Source: Giardia intestinalis
Taxonomy: Eukaryota
Length of the DNA: 64,000 nucleotides
Strand: one strand, 5' to 3'
NCBI GenBank assembly: GCA_000002435.2
Contig: CM018793.1
Of the stretch, positions 30,001 through 40,121 are shown one piece after another. Position 1 is the first letter of the stretch; each line of letters begins with the position of its first letter. The translations under genes and the position numbers were made by a program. A model generated the notes under the pieces. That model did not search any database. It had not been told where the DNA came from and saw only the letters and a program-made list of their open reading frames with translations.

Positions 30001-31017
30001 ATTGATGCAGCAGATGTTAGCGTGGGCGTGCGTGGGCGCGAGGGGCTGTACGTTGCTAACAATGCAGATGTGTCGGTGCCGTCCTTCTCCACTCTGGTGA
30101 GACTTATTTTGGTCCACGGCGTTCTCATTGAGCAACGAATGAGGATGACAATATTCTATAATCTGTATAAGAATACAATGTTGGCGATAATATGCGGCTT
30201 CTACAGCGGTGAAAGCCTGTTCTCCAGCGTCCTAATTATCAATGATTTTTTGTCATTGATGTATAACGTAATTCTTAACTTTATTCCGATTTTCATCTAT
30301 GCACTGTCAGAGCAACACGTCAAGCCGCGCTACCTGGAAAACTTCCCCACCATATATAGAACTAATTGTCAACCGTGGCGATACTGGTTTGAGTTTGTCA
30401 CATTTTACGTTTCTGGAATATATATGGCTGTGATAATTTATTTCTGCACAGCATTTATGTTTGGAAATTCTGCAATCTTGGGAACAAGTGGCCGGGTAGC
30501 AGACACAACTGTATTCAGCTTCATAATAATAACCGTTATTACATTTGTCAGCCTCGCACGCTTGATGATAGCCTCTAATTACTACTCTACTGCATTCGCA
30601 TGGAGCATTATCTTAAGCATAGCCCTCTATTACTTCACCCTCGTAGGAATCAACTACACTTTCTTCTTCACTCAGTACTTCTTCAATACGCTCACAGTTG
30701 CTTCTGCTTCTCTCAGCTATTATTTACAGTGCCTAGTAATGATAATATTTTGCTTGGTGCCCGATATTATTTACAGCACACTTTCTCGGCTGTACATCAA
30801 TCCCGATCCTAACTCCCTCCTCACTCACTACTTTAAAAAGGAAACCAAGGGACTAGGGAAGCGAAAGGATATACAGCTGGAGCTTCGATATAAGAGGTGC
30901 CTCGAAGAAGTCATCAGGTCCATACAAACCACAGCAAAGAGCTCAAAAGAACAGTCTCAAAATGCCATTTTCTGCACAGAAAGTCTTGAAGTGGACGTCA
31001 AGCAGGAGTATAACTAG
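27088..31017 (+). CDS. P4-type ATPase (phospholipid-translocating flippase)
   Basis: Phosphorylation motif IFTDKTGTLTRNQF (DKTGTLT), nucleotide-binding VTGDSIETTIETA, hinge AIGDGQNDLQMIDAADVSVGV; P4-type N-terminus NKFRSSPYTPLNFVPLFLKAQFSRPSNVIFVGIMILNYMPGIT; 10 TM topology with large C-terminal TM block. Confidence 0.9.
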   Translation: MIADHPATCYTCDANATVARQVVPIYEDLAACEQGGNVKASRERGKKRKQGTVHKVRINYYPLSQRSSNKFRSSPYTPLNFVPLFLKAQFSRPSNVIFVGIMILNYMPGITIVSKATAVIPVVFILATSLLKDLIELGIRIKNDKVINKAEYGEHISGGKVCSTVEAQNINPGDIFKITAGQTAPCDVLVLASDKNVVYFSQSSLTGEQNLVQKNPIYTSTDIISSQFIGDVEFSFYQGKVFGCYTGPAVEENTQGYVSTAPDLHAAPVSVCIEDVQAIQRARERRYRNAAMSTHHIQMNSVVKRASMGKRPIQPEPIVHSILLNQGNVGFKGTAATTDYYALALATGENCMSTYTAHKRESRISNGAKRLQLIIIVQCSLVLVFVISFSSVVTERYQGYIERYPYLEIADQFASKAGAFFISFVSYIILFSYALPICIFVTIELLNILNRLFVRSDLNLIHLYGSCTVNNDKVLADLSRITHIFTDKTGTLTRNQFTYHSFLGVDECRRLSTESILKSIYALGENRANDADLNVFYGNYASQTPQHTVDTIQNRVLQLVALGLCNSLIPVKSNGRLEYFGESVEETCYIRYLSTNGILSIVEKTESTVRLALSRSFIETGNVSSARIQTVRLSNTFESVISDDYSIDKYVLLDFELLKVYEFTPSLKRMSVICCQKASHETTSCSMYVVNGMRPFLITKGSHVVMGQLMNRIPMAEGEQSTEQPQSLSIENIITKNLADKRCFVFAFKPFPTLPNVKTEPQQSVEQGSNFLGISVIEDELAPNVLESVKKLRFAGIKINIVTGDSIETTIETAARTGIIDVDTNKVIITRMDEIAVRKAELQDEEDQRYCLVVSGEVINEVFPNLERRAQINAFLRKGKLPKKFARQYFKDTGVECSHEPKVSLDLMYLISQANACLFCSMSPESKKVVIQYHSVYISLQKTRIKLWCRGKSPSVGASLAIGDGQNDLQMIDAADVSVGVRGREGLYVANNADVSVPSFSTLVRLILVHGVLIEQRMRMTIFYNLYKNTMLAIICGFYSGESLFSSVLIINDFLSLMYNVILNFIPIFIYALSEQHVKPRYLENFPTIYRTNCQPWRYWFEFVTFYVSGIYMAVIIYFCTAFMFGNSAILGTSGRVADTTVFSFIIITVITFVSLARLMIASNYYSTAFAWSIILSIALYYFTLVGINYTFFFTQYFFNTLTVASASLSYYLQCLVMIIFCLVPDIIYSTLSRLYINPDPNSLLTHYFKKETKGLGKRKDIQLELRYKRCLEEVIRSIQTTAKSSKEQSQNAIFCTESLEVDVKQEYN

Positions 31018-31122
31018 TAGCGTAGTGCAAAATGCTTCAATTCTCGTACATTCTTTATCTTGAAAATGATTGTGAAAAAACCTTTTTGCCTACATTCTCA
31101 GAGCTGACCGCTGGCGGGAGCC

Positions 31123-33696
31123 ATGCAACTCCACATCGCAATGATATTATTGGTACACGTTCTGGTTGCCCGGTTCGTCACTTATGCTGACGTTGAGGAT
31201 GGTCCAATTCCTTGGTGGCTTGAAAACGTAACAGCCCCAGCCGACGTTCCTTTGTTGAATTATCCGAATCACGTCAATTGGTCTATTTCTAACTTGTACA
31301 ATGGTAACTGGTCTGTGCCGGCGGATGCAACCTGCACCAATTGCACCGGGATTTTACGGCTGAAGAGAAACGACGGACGAAGGGGGGTGTTTCTAGGGAA
31401 GGCGTACTTATCTATATCGGACACGACATTTACGATTAGTGACTACCAAAAGGCCATTTATAACGAGTACTTGAACAAGTCTTTTGTCTCCTCGAAGACA
31501 GCCACTTCAGAAACCTTTGCCAGCGATAGCACAAACTTTACTGGCCCGTGGAACAATACCAGAAGAGTCAAATTAACTTTACAGATCGTGGATGGGAGCT
31601 ATGATAGTGACTCGACTTCACTGCTTACCGCGATTGGATACTATTTCCCAGAAAGACAGCGCTGCGTAGCAAAGGGGATCCTGTCCCAGGCCTTCAAATC
31701 ACCTCAGTTTTCGCTGAATGATACGGATCTAGAGCAGTTAAAAAGAGTGGTTCTAGACGATGCACTGCCCTTTCCACCCGTGGACAACATCTCTACTTTC
31801 GACGCAGGTGCAGAGGATGCTACGACTGGAAAGAAGTCGCGCATTTCGAAAAGTAGGTGCACTTTCGATATCTGGTTCAGTCTGGATTACACAACCAGGC
31901 CATACGTCGATACATACTTTTACACTCCAGACACGGAGGCATCACTGTCTCGGCGAGATTATTACACGACTATTGTACATGATAAAGGGATAATGTATAA
32001 TACTAGCAATCCAGCTGAGATTTCTGCATACTATCTGCAACAGTACCCGTCAACGGCTCGCAAAACATACATATTACGGCCAGCCAATGGCCCAGAAACA
32101 GTTTTTGTTCCTCACTTTGATCTACATCTCTTTAGCAAGGAGTGCGCTGTCAACGTAACTTTGGATGGAAGCGTGTACAATGGGGCAAAGGAGATCAAAA
32201 TTGGCCTTGCTTTCTTTACAGGGCTTCTCATTCTTCTATGCATGTCACTACTGGCCGGGTCTTATCAACAGTTTGTTCTCACCTCTAATGCACAGCTGAC
32301 GCGTGTTTCGTCCTTGGCCATCTACACCTTAACTATATCCTCCTTCACCCATTCAATTGCGCTCATAGCCCTGTCGGCGCTGTTTCCTTCACTTCAGTAC
32401 TTCTTTTTAATGACGGGATCCATCGCCTTTCTAGAGTCCACTATCACAAACGTTCCCATTTGTGCCTACAAATTCGTCTCATGGTATGAGCGCCGCCGCG
32501 GCTACCAAAACAATTTTCTTTTAATTATCTTTCTTATCTTTCTGATTATACTGAGCGCGTTACCAATCATTTGGGGGATGTTTATGCCCTTTTGGACTAA
32601 TATCTTCCCCGTTCTTTTGCTCTTCTCACACTGGATCATCCAGTTTGTGTTTAGACTCGTGAAAAGGTTTGCTACTGGACCTCTTCTTAGCACATATATC
32701 ATCTTCAATACTCTTCCAAAAGCGTATACCGCTGCATATATCCTTGGATTCCCGATTAACTTCATGGATTTGGAGTCACAGGAGATGTTTATGTGGATTA
32801 TAGTTTTCTATGTTACAATATTCTGTGTTCTTCTCTGCCTTCAGAACGTATTTGGCTATGACCTTGGTCTAAGAAAGTTGTGCTGCAAGAAAGGACTCAT
32901 GGACAGCTATGGGTCCACAACAACCATATACAAATATCACACACGCATTATAACAATGCCAATGCTTAAAGAGAGCAGCCCAAGTACAGTCTTGGACCTA
33001 CGGAACTCGGCGGAGTGTAAGAAAGACATCCTAGCCTATGTACATGCACTGGAGCGCCCATTTCTGTTTTCGTTCGAAGAAAGCTCAAAGATATCTACGC
33101 ACGACGCTGACCAGTCGCCAAGCCCTGTTAATCTCAGCGCCTCTAATGATATCATAAGCTGCGCGTCTAGCATTGTCACTGAGCCTTCAAAGTGGTGCAT
33201 GAATCCCTATCACCCCCACAGTGCATTTTACGACCCGTCGGTGGTCTTTTCGCAGCTGTTTGGTGCCAAGCTTTGCCCTTGGTTTGCAACTATGGATGTA
33301 GATCCAGCCTCAATCAATCTAGAGCAAGATACAAACTGCTTCTATATTAACGAGCTACAAGTCATAAGCAAGTTGTTCTTATGCTCCATCTGCCTAGAAC
33401 ACATATCCCTGCAGCTTCTAACCAATATTAACACCGTTTTGATATTCAAAGAAGGCACACTCACGTTTCGAGCAGAATATGCCGCTGCATTAATATTTAC
33501 ATCTACACAACGACGTGAGGAAGATCCTGCATTGGTTGCTGAGACTGCCACCAACTCCAGCGAAACAAAGGACTATGAACTCTGGATAACACCATGCGAT
33601 CACGGATTTCATAAGAAATGTTTGCTGAAGTGGATAGAACAGAACTTAACATGCCCAATAGACAGAAAAGCAATTCCTGAGTATATAATCGTATGA
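31123..33696 (+). CDS. polytopic membrane protein with N-terminal signal peptide, glycosylated luminal domain and C-terminal RING-H2 finger (membrane-bound E3 ubiquitin-ligase-like)
   Basis: Signal MQLHIAMILLVHVLVARFVTYA; many NxS/T sites; >=8 hydrophobic helices (aa ~330-560); C-terminus LCSICLEH...(~70 aa insert)...WITPCDHGFHKKCLLKWIEQNLTCPIDRK = C-x2-C...C-x-H-x2-H-x2-C...C-P-x-D RING-H2 pattern. Confidence 0.65.
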   Translation: MQLHIAMILLVHVLVARFVTYADVEDGPIPWWLENVTAPADVPLLNYPNHVNWSISNLYNGNWSVPADATCTNCTGILRLKRNDGRRGVFLGKAYLSISDTTFTISDYQKAIYNEYLNKSFVSSKTATSETFASDSTNFTGPWNNTRRVKLTLQIVDGSYDSDSTSLLTAIGYYFPERQRCVAKGILSQAFKSPQFSLNDTDLEQLKRVVLDDALPFPPVDNISTFDAGAEDATTGKKSRISKSRCTFDIWFSLDYTTRPYVDTYFYTPDTEASLSRRDYYTTIVHDKGIMYNTSNPAEISAYYLQQYPSTARKTYILRPANGPETVFVPHFDLHLFSKECAVNVTLDGSVYNGAKEIKIGLAFFTGLLILLCMSLLAGSYQQFVLTSNAQLTRVSSLAIYTLTISSFTHSIALIALSALFPSLQYFFLMTGSIAFLESTITNVPICAYKFVSWYERRRGYQNNFLLIIFLIFLIILSALPIIWGMFMPFWTNIFPVLLLFSHWIIQFVFRLVKRFATGPLLSTYIIFNTLPKAYTAAYILGFPINFMDLESQEMFMWIIVFYVTIFCVLLCLQNVFGYDLGLRKLCCKKGLMDSYGSTTTIYKYHTRIITMPMLKESSPSTVLDLRNSAECKKDILAYVHALERPFLFSFEESSKISTHDADQSPSPVNLSASNDIISCASSIVTEPSKWCMNPYHPHSAFYDPSVVFSQLFGAKLCPWFATMDVDPASINLEQDTNCFYINELQVISKLFLCSICLEHISLQLLTNINTVLIFKEGTLTFRAEYAAALIFTSTQRREEDPALVAETATNSSETKDYELWITPCDHGFHKKCLLKWIEQNLTCPIDRKAIPEYIIV

Positions 33697-33741
33697 GGCA
33701 CGCATGAAAGAGCTATGATGCACATGCATAAGTTACAGCTG

Positions 33742-36700
33742 TTACTTTCTGATAGTCTTCTTAAGCTTATGAAGCCACTCGCGAGTCAGTGGCTCTGAGT
33801 AACGTCTGAAGTTCAAAACTCTTACAACATACTCGCTGTGGGTAATCACATCGGTCATAAGATTTTTAGGAGTGTCCAGTTGCTCAAGGAGCATGTAATT
33901 ATCTTCAATATTCCCCATAGACATTAGCTTCTCTGACTCGAGCGTGTGGAGACACACAAGATCCTCCGCCTGCACGGCTTTTGCTGAGACAAATGAAGGC
34001 TTCAGGATGCAGTCTATGTAGTCTGCCCCTGCATCGTCAACCGACAGGTATAGACCAGGAAGTCTGGATGCAATGACTCCGTGAGCATGTGCAGCCTTAA
34101 ATAGCCTCTTGTATTCCGTTATATATTCCTCTCCGCAGAGGGCACTTCCCACTATCACCTCTTTAAGGAAAAGGAGGTCATCGTTGAGTATCTTTGAATC
34201 AGAAGGGGTTATTGTGCGCGCCCTTGGTCCGCTATCCAGTAAAATGAACGAGTGTGCATTTAATGCAGCAACTGCGATGTGTTCTGCAATGCACCTAATG
34301 TAAGATGGTATGACATTTCTATAGATGTCCTTGAGGGCGATTTCCAGGCCAGACCAGGCTGTACGCAACTGCGTTTGTATCACAACGGGGCAGTATGCTC
34401 GCTGGAGAAGAGGACACAGGCCCGTGTTTATGATGTACTCACACAGCAATTTTATATTCATCAGTATTGTGGACCGGATCTCTTTGACAATGTTGGTAAA
34501 GTATTCTAGGAGCATTGTATCTTCATCCTTAGCTGGCTTAGTGGCAGTGGCCTGCGCCTTCTTGGTATTTATAATCCAGTACGACTCTAGGTCTAGTGAG
34601 CCATCGCTGCTCAGCGCTTCCATGGTGTCTCCAATATCATATGATACTGAATTAGAGCTTAGATACTCATAGACAGAGGCTATGCGTGCAAGCAGCACTT
34701 CTAGAGAATTGATTCGATAGACAAAGACGCGAGACAATTGTATTATGTCTGAAAAACTCCTTGGCAGGTCTGTGAGATTGCACGATGAAAAGAGCAGTGC
34801 ACCGGACGGGACACCGCTTCCCATCGGAAGAATAGAGGATATGACGGATTCATCTGGACTCAGGTGATTTGCGTATGACCGTGCCTTTAGCGTTATAGAG
34901 TTCATTCTCTTCCTGATTGTGAGCTTTCCAACTGATAGCTCAGTCTTTGACAGGTTGATGCTTTGACCGGTATTATCGACATCCCACGAAAATATGTGCT
35001 TAATCGATCCGTGGCTGAGCTTTTGATATGCGATACTCGAGGCAACGTCCAAACTGCTTTTGTATCCCTTCTGGCTAATGATTTGAGCACTTAGGCAGGA
35101 AGAAGTGAATGACTTTTCCGATAAAATGCTTCCAGGACTACTCTCTGTAGACAACGAAGCTGATTTCTTAGTGGTGTTTTGCTTCATCATATTCTTACCT
35201 TGAAGAGCTTGGTCGATGGAAAACAGCTGCATAAGTGTGGGCAGTTTGTGACGTTCAACTATACTATTGTTATAATATATTGGCTGAAGAATAACCCTGA
35301 TTAAATCCAAGATTTGCGAACATAGGCATCGTAGGCAGGCAGCCGACAGATGAAAGTTGCTGAAAATAGACTCTAAGAAAAGTAGGACCGGTTCAATGCC
35401 ATCTATGGGGGCCGAGCTAGCATTGTAATGCAAAGCGTTGCATCGCCTGGAGGTGTCCGTTATTTCCTGTGCTTCCTGTAATGTCTTGTTTGTGATTAGC
35501 CAGTTGAAAGGCATCACATTCAGATTAGTCTCCTGGTCGTATATTCTCTTAACAGAAGCCGAGATGTGATCTGCCTCTCTTGTTATATAGAGTGAAAGCA
35601 ATGGTGTGGCCAGAATAATGGAAATATCAGGGGGAAAGGTAATGCTAAGAGATCGCTTGATAACAGAGGGTTTAGCATGGGTGATGGATGCAGCGCGTAG
35701 GTGCCCCTCCAGCCAAGTGTGGTATGTATTGTTCTCAAGATAAAACCTATAAAATGCTAACCCTAGAGTTATCATGGCTGCGTCGATGTGCTTGAGCATA
35801 TCTTTAACCTCTTGAAACCTTATCTTTGACAAGCTTGCAACTAGCTCAGGAGAGCTTAGAATATTATGTGCTTCGTGCGATGGACTCGTGGCGTCGACAT
35901 TAGATAAGTGATGACCGTGGCTCATTTGGGAGAAGGTCACCAATGCAGCACTTACTTTATCATTAATAAACTTTATTATCAAGCCAGCATAGATTGAAAG
36001 GGGCGAGACGCGAAGTTTGCCGCCGTTTTCCTCCATGACAACTGTTTCAGTGGCTAGCTCGCAATACGACTCAGAAAGGAGCCCCGGTATCTGCTTTAGT
36101 AGTGGAGATCCCAGGGGGGATTTTGCAGGCTGCGGAGATGGCATTCCAACAAAGCGGGAGACCGAGCAGAAACTAGTAGATATGTAAATATTATACAATA
36201 AGCTGCTAAGGCCAAATCCGTGTTCCAGAGACATTATTGAATTATCAAAGAATGCATCAGCAAAAATGGGGAGATGAATCGAGGTGTCCACTGTTATCTG
36301 ATCAGCCAAGATGAGGAATAGCTTCGATAGAATAATAAAAGGATTGGGCTTGCAATTCAGTTGAATTGCCGACTTCAGTGCTTCCTTATCAGCCTGCTTT
36401 TGGGCACGTGCTTCATCATGCTCTTCACTGACTTGTTGAAAGGTATACTCAGTCAAATCGTTGAGATCCAACTCTATCACATCTATTTCGTCAGCAAATG
36501 ACTCTGTCAAATAGTTTTGTATGCTTGTGCAGGCCATTAACTCATCAATTGCCTCAGCTTCTGACTGCGAATAAAGCCTATTTAATTGTCTGGTAACAGC
36601 AGTACAGAGGTATTTTTGCAAGCGCACCTGATAAATGTACATTGCTTCTGGTGTGGAGAGGATGGCCTTAGAACACTGTGGACCCAATTGAAGAGACGAG

Positions 36701-38742
36701 AAGTCGCTGGACTCGTAGTATTTTGAAAAGATAATGTGCATGACGGTTAGGGTATATCGTAGCCCGTAGCCATTACTGTGAAAGTTGCCCGTATAGTCGG
36801 ATAGATAGGGCTCTATAATGGAACAAACTTCATCGACCTCACTTCTATCCGCTATTTTAACATAATCTCTGAGAAAAGTTAGTACTGAATTGTACGATAC
36901 CTGATTTTGTACTAGCCTAAAGTTGCACAGCTTTAGTATAACAAGGAAAAAACTGTAAGAGTCATAAGTTGTCAGCACATGGTCCTTGCGAAGGCTTCTC
37001 TTTCGCTTTGTGGTAGACGCTGTTATGTCCTGAGTCGATTGCTTGGCTGAGCCAATGCACAGGGGACTGTCGGTGTTAGGAATCGGGCCGAAGACCAAAC
37101 CAGTATAGTCGTCCCCAGAGCTTATAAAGCCGTAGGTCTGTTTGCACTTAAGTAGCATACTTTGAATGTATGTTTTGTAGAGGAGGTCAACCACTGACCA
37201 ACACGTGTAGAGTGTCTGTGGGTCACATTCCTCATAAAAGCTCTGAGTATCCATATTTTGCACTAAAAGCCTTATGAGCTCTTCTATAAAATCCAGGCAG
37301 GTTGCAGGAGAAAATAGTGCTAGACGATCGATCATCAATAGATGAGACTTATCACCAGCCAAATCAGACATATAGTGGAGTATCTTAAACATGGCATCCA
37401 TAGCTAGACAAAACCGCTCTGAAAGCGATGTTTGAGAGAAGTCCTTCTGTGGCTGAGTGTCTCCTGGATTAACTGCCTTGTAATCTGTCATGTCGCTAAT
37501 TCCACTGAGAGCATCCAAGTGAAGTCCTGGTTCTGCTTCCAGAGATGATACATTAAGAGATGTACTAAGAAAGCTGGTTGTTACGCTGAAACTTTTACAT
37601 ATTATGTATAGCTTCTCAACCTCAGTACTCAGTTTTTCCCATCTGGCATGGCTCAGCTCAAAAAACGAAGAAAATCGCTTGTTGAGTTGCTCCAAAAGAG
37701 AAGAAGCAAGTAGCATTATGTGTCTGGAGGCTAGATTGGCCAGAAGGGCGGTGGAAATAACCGCAGATTTATCTTCCAATATAGTTGGTGGAAGTTCTTC
37801 GTCAAGCTGTGAGCTACAAAGAGCCTCAACCCAAGCAGCCAAGTGTGCTTCCTTTAGCCGTCGAAAAAGTTGAGACAGAGTGATCAAAAGAAAAAGCAAC
37901 CCGTTTCCAAAGCATGGAAGCGTGACTATGTCATCACCTGTCATCGTTGCTGTCCCTGCACGCTTCAAGTGTATATGATCATAGATCAGGCCTATCCAAT
38001 CTGCAATTGCAATAAGATCTGCCGCCGGTAGATTCAAGTTGGCCCTCATGGCAGTAAGAATTTCCTTAAAGGAGTCCTCATCAAAGAGCTCAACATACGG
38101 AGCAGCACGAGGCTTCTCATTTGTCGTCACTCTTTTGAGACGCGTGGGAGACGTGTAAAGCCCAGAGAATAGGGCCCAATAATCAAATACACAGTAACTA
38201 AGGTAAAACGTTCCGCTAATGGGGATCACACGCTTTATGAACTCATTAGGATATAACCGTTGATTCTTAACAGTACCAATGTTGGCGCTAGACATGGGAG
38301 CTGGCTTGTCTGGAAGAGCACATGTTATTGGCACAGTAGAGGCGTCACTGACTTCTTGTAGGGCATACACGGATGTCGAATCACTGGCAAGAATATCAGT
38401 AACCGGCTTGAGGGTACTACTCAGCGGATTCAATCTTTGTAGACGTGTTGGACTTACAGCTTGTAGATTAGGCTCTCCTAGTGCTTGTCCTAGCACTTTA
38501 GGCGTGCTAGTCTGAGAAGCAATCGCCTGAATCTTAGTACTGGTCACATCGTCGGGGACACTAAGGCACATGTCTAAAGGCTCCTGCACCAACGGGAGTG
38601 TGTTGATCGTCGTAACCGAAGGATCTTTCAACATATTCATGAGCTCAGGGATATTTAGACTGAGCGGATCTTCTGGGAGCTGCACATTCTTCAACTTCGG
38701 ATCTGTTTTAAAGAGATAGCCTAGAAGATTAATAAGGTCCAT
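33742..38742 (-). CDS. large hypothetical protein (~1666 aa), alpha-helical, no recognised catalytic motifs
   Basis: Single uninterrupted ORF; track start 38856 is TTG; first ATG at 38742 (MDLINLLGYLF...) preceded by AT-rich aaacactcggaaaaattaATG. Confidence 0.55.
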   Translation of the reverse strand: MDLINLLGYLFKTDPKLKNVQLPEDPLSLNIPELMNMLKDPSVTTINTLPLVQEPLDMCLSVPDDVTSTKIQAIASQTSTPKVLGQALGEPNLQAVSPTRLQRLNPLSSTLKPVTDILASDSTSVYALQEVSDASTVPITCALPDKPAPMSSANIGTVKNQRLYPNEFIKRVIPISGTFYLSYCVFDYWALFSGLYTSPTRLKRVTTNEKPRAAPYVELFDEDSFKEILTAMRANLNLPAADLIAIADWIGLIYDHIHLKRAGTATMTGDDIVTLPCFGNGLLFLLITLSQLFRRLKEAHLAAWVEALCSSQLDEELPPTILEDKSAVISTALLANLASRHIMLLASSLLEQLNKRFSSFFELSHARWEKLSTEVEKLYIICKSFSVTTSFLSTSLNVSSLEAEPGLHLDALSGISDMTDYKAVNPGDTQPQKDFSQTSLSERFCLAMDAMFKILHYMSDLAGDKSHLLMIDRLALFSPATCLDFIEELIRLLVQNMDTQSFYEECDPQTLYTCWSVVDLLYKTYIQSMLLKCKQTYGFISSGDDYTGLVFGPIPNTDSPLCIGSAKQSTQDITASTTKRKRSLRKDHVLTTYDSYSFFLVILKLCNFRLVQNQVSYNSVLTFLRDYVKIADRSEVDEVCSIIEPYLSDYTGNFHSNGYGLRYTLTVMHIIFSKYYESSDFSSLQLGPQCSKAILSTPEAMYIYQVRLQKYLCTAVTRQLNRLYSQSEAEAIDELMACTSIQNYLTESFADEIDVIELDLNDLTEYTFQQVSEEHDEARAQKQADKEALKSAIQLNCKPNPFIILSKLFLILADQITVDTSIHLPIFADAFFDNSIMSLEHGFGLSSLLYNIYISTSFCSVSRFVGMPSPQPAKSPLGSPLLKQIPGLLSESYCELATETVVMEENGGKLRVSPLSIYAGLIIKFINDKVSAALVTFSQMSHGHHLSNVDATSPSHEAHNILSSPELVASLSKIRFQEVKDMLKHIDAAMITLGLAFYRFYLENNTYHTWLEGHLRAASITHAKPSVIKRSLSITFPPDISIILATPLLSLYITREADHISASVKRIYDQETNLNVMPFNWLITNKTLQEAQEITDTSRRCNALHYNASSAPIDGIEPVLLFLESIFSNFHLSAACLRCLCSQILDLIRVILQPIYYNNSIVERHKLPTLMQLFSIDQALQGKNMMKQNTTKKSASLSTESSPGSILSEKSFTSSCLSAQIISQKGYKSSLDVASSIAYQKLSHGSIKHIFSWDVDNTGQSINLSKTELSVGKLTIRKRMNSITLKARSYANHLSPDESVISSILPMGSGVPSGALLFSSCNLTDLPRSFSDIIQLSRVFVYRINSLEVLLARIASVYEYLSSNSVSYDIGDTMEALSSDGSLDLESYWIINTKKAQATATKPAKDEDTMLLEYFTNIVKEIRSTILMNIKLLCEYIINTGLCPLLQRAYCPVVIQTQLRTAWSGLEIALKDIYRNVIPSYIRCIAEHIAVAALNAHSFILLDSGPRARTITPSDSKILNDDLLFLKEVIVGSALCGEEYITEYKRLFKAAHAHGVIASRLPGLYLSVDDAGADYIDCILKPSFVSAKAVQAEDLVCLHTLESEKLMSMGNIEDNYMLLEQLDTPKNLMTDVITHSEYVVRVLNFRRYSEPLTREWLHKLKKTIRK

Positions 38743-38846
38743 TAATTTTTCCGAGTGTTTTGTAAAACAGTACTGCGATGCGTCAGTAAAAGCACGTATA
38801 GAGAAGCGGATAAGGCCTGATAGTTTTGCTGCCTCGCTTTTAAAAA

Positions 38847-40103
38847 ATGCCTCCAAAGAACAGCCTGAAGTTAGAGCAAGAACGTACCAGAAAGCTAAAG
38901 GAAGAGGTGGAACAAATGGAGAAGGTTGCTCTTCAATTTACGTCTGGAGCGTCTTCTGCTGCGTCCATCCAGTCCGTCACTTTTGCCGGCCTCGGTACTG
39001 CGATAACATCTGGCCCAGCACCCCAGAAATCAGGACAGACCAAAGCCAGGACTACTAGTGGAAAGCCTGCACAACCCGGCTCTGCGCCTCGACAGCCTCA
39101 GGTACGTGTCCCAATGCCACCTCATGCTTCTCATGGCCCAATGGCCTCCACGAAATTGACCTCTTCAAGTACTTCTTCAACCTTGGTGAAGCCCAACGCC
39201 ATCAAATCTCCACTTCCAGCAATATCATCCAGGCCATCCTCTGGGACTATATCTGTATCGAGACACCAGGTAGTACAATCATCGAAGAACTTGCCTACCA
39301 AGCCCCAGGGGCCTGCCACAGGAGTTGGAGGCACTCGCTCTAGAAAGAGTAGCGCAAGTAGTTCCCAGGCAAACAGCAGAAAAAGCAGTATCAGTGGTCC
39401 AGAAGAAACTAGGCACCTAATTTCCGAAGCAGTAGTTAAGCAGAGCGCTATGCAGGCCTCAGAAAGTAAGCCCTCTGGGCGTATATTACGGAAGACTTCT
39501 TCGTCTGCAAATCCGCAGTCCGTCTCTAAGTTTCTTATGCGTGAAGGAGAAAACTTTACGCTTGGAAAAGACATTTTCCTCAAAGGAGATCTTCCCATAT
39601 CCACATCATGCGATATGGCCATAGGAGATGACTCACAATTAGAGTTGGACCCCTGTGATCCTCCTCCAGTCTCGAGCAAGGAAGGGCTTCATACCAATAG
39701 TACTGCACTGCAATACCAAACCCAGCCATTACAGATAACCGATACCCTAGCCATCCCCTTAGAAGAACAGTCTCCTAAGCAGCACCACATTCGGTTTGAA
39801 GTGGTCGAGGATGCTGCTGAAGAAGAGGTCCAGAACAGTAACTTAGCGGAGGCTTGCGGGATAGCGAACGAAGCAGAGGCCCCTGTGCCATATTTTGCTC
39901 AAATAGAAAAGGCTATAGTTCTCAAGACATTGACTGAGCTATCGCGTACACAGGAAAGCCCCGAGGAGCGGCATGCTCGTCTCTTGAAGGTTGCACTACA
40001 TGAGACACCCGCGCCCATTGAGGGCGTTGACGATGACTTGAACGCTGAATTAGTTGTTAGTCCCGAAGACATTATGGCAGAACTAGCAACGCTAGTAAAT
40101 TAG
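38847..40103 (+). CDS. hypothetical Ser/Thr/Pro-rich low-complexity protein
   Basis: 418 aa ORF; ATG at 38847 preceded by ttttaaaaaATG; N-terminal short coiled-coil (LKLEQERTRKLKEEVEQMEKV) then S/T/P/Q-rich disorder; AGTAAAT poly(A) signal overlaps the stop region at 40094-40100. Confidence 0.45.
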   Translation: MPPKNSLKLEQERTRKLKEEVEQMEKVALQFTSGASSAASIQSVTFAGLGTAITSGPAPQKSGQTKARTTSGKPAQPGSAPRQPQVRVPMPPHASHGPMASTKLTSSSTSSTLVKPNAIKSPLPAISSRPSSGTISVSRHQVVQSSKNLPTKPQGPATGVGGTRSRKSSASSSQANSRKSSISGPEETRHLISEAVVKQSAMQASESKPSGRILRKTSSSANPQSVSKFLMREGENFTLGKDIFLKGDLPISTSCDMAIGDDSQLELDPCDPPPVSSKEGLHTNSTALQYQTQPLQITDTLAIPLEEQSPKQHHIRFEVVEDAAEEEVQNSNLAEACGIANEAEAPVPYFAQIEKAIVLKTLTELSRTQESPEERHARLLKVALHETPAPIEGVDDDLNAELVVSPEDIMAELATLVN

Positions 40104-40121
40104 ATAGATAGAGTCTGGAAG

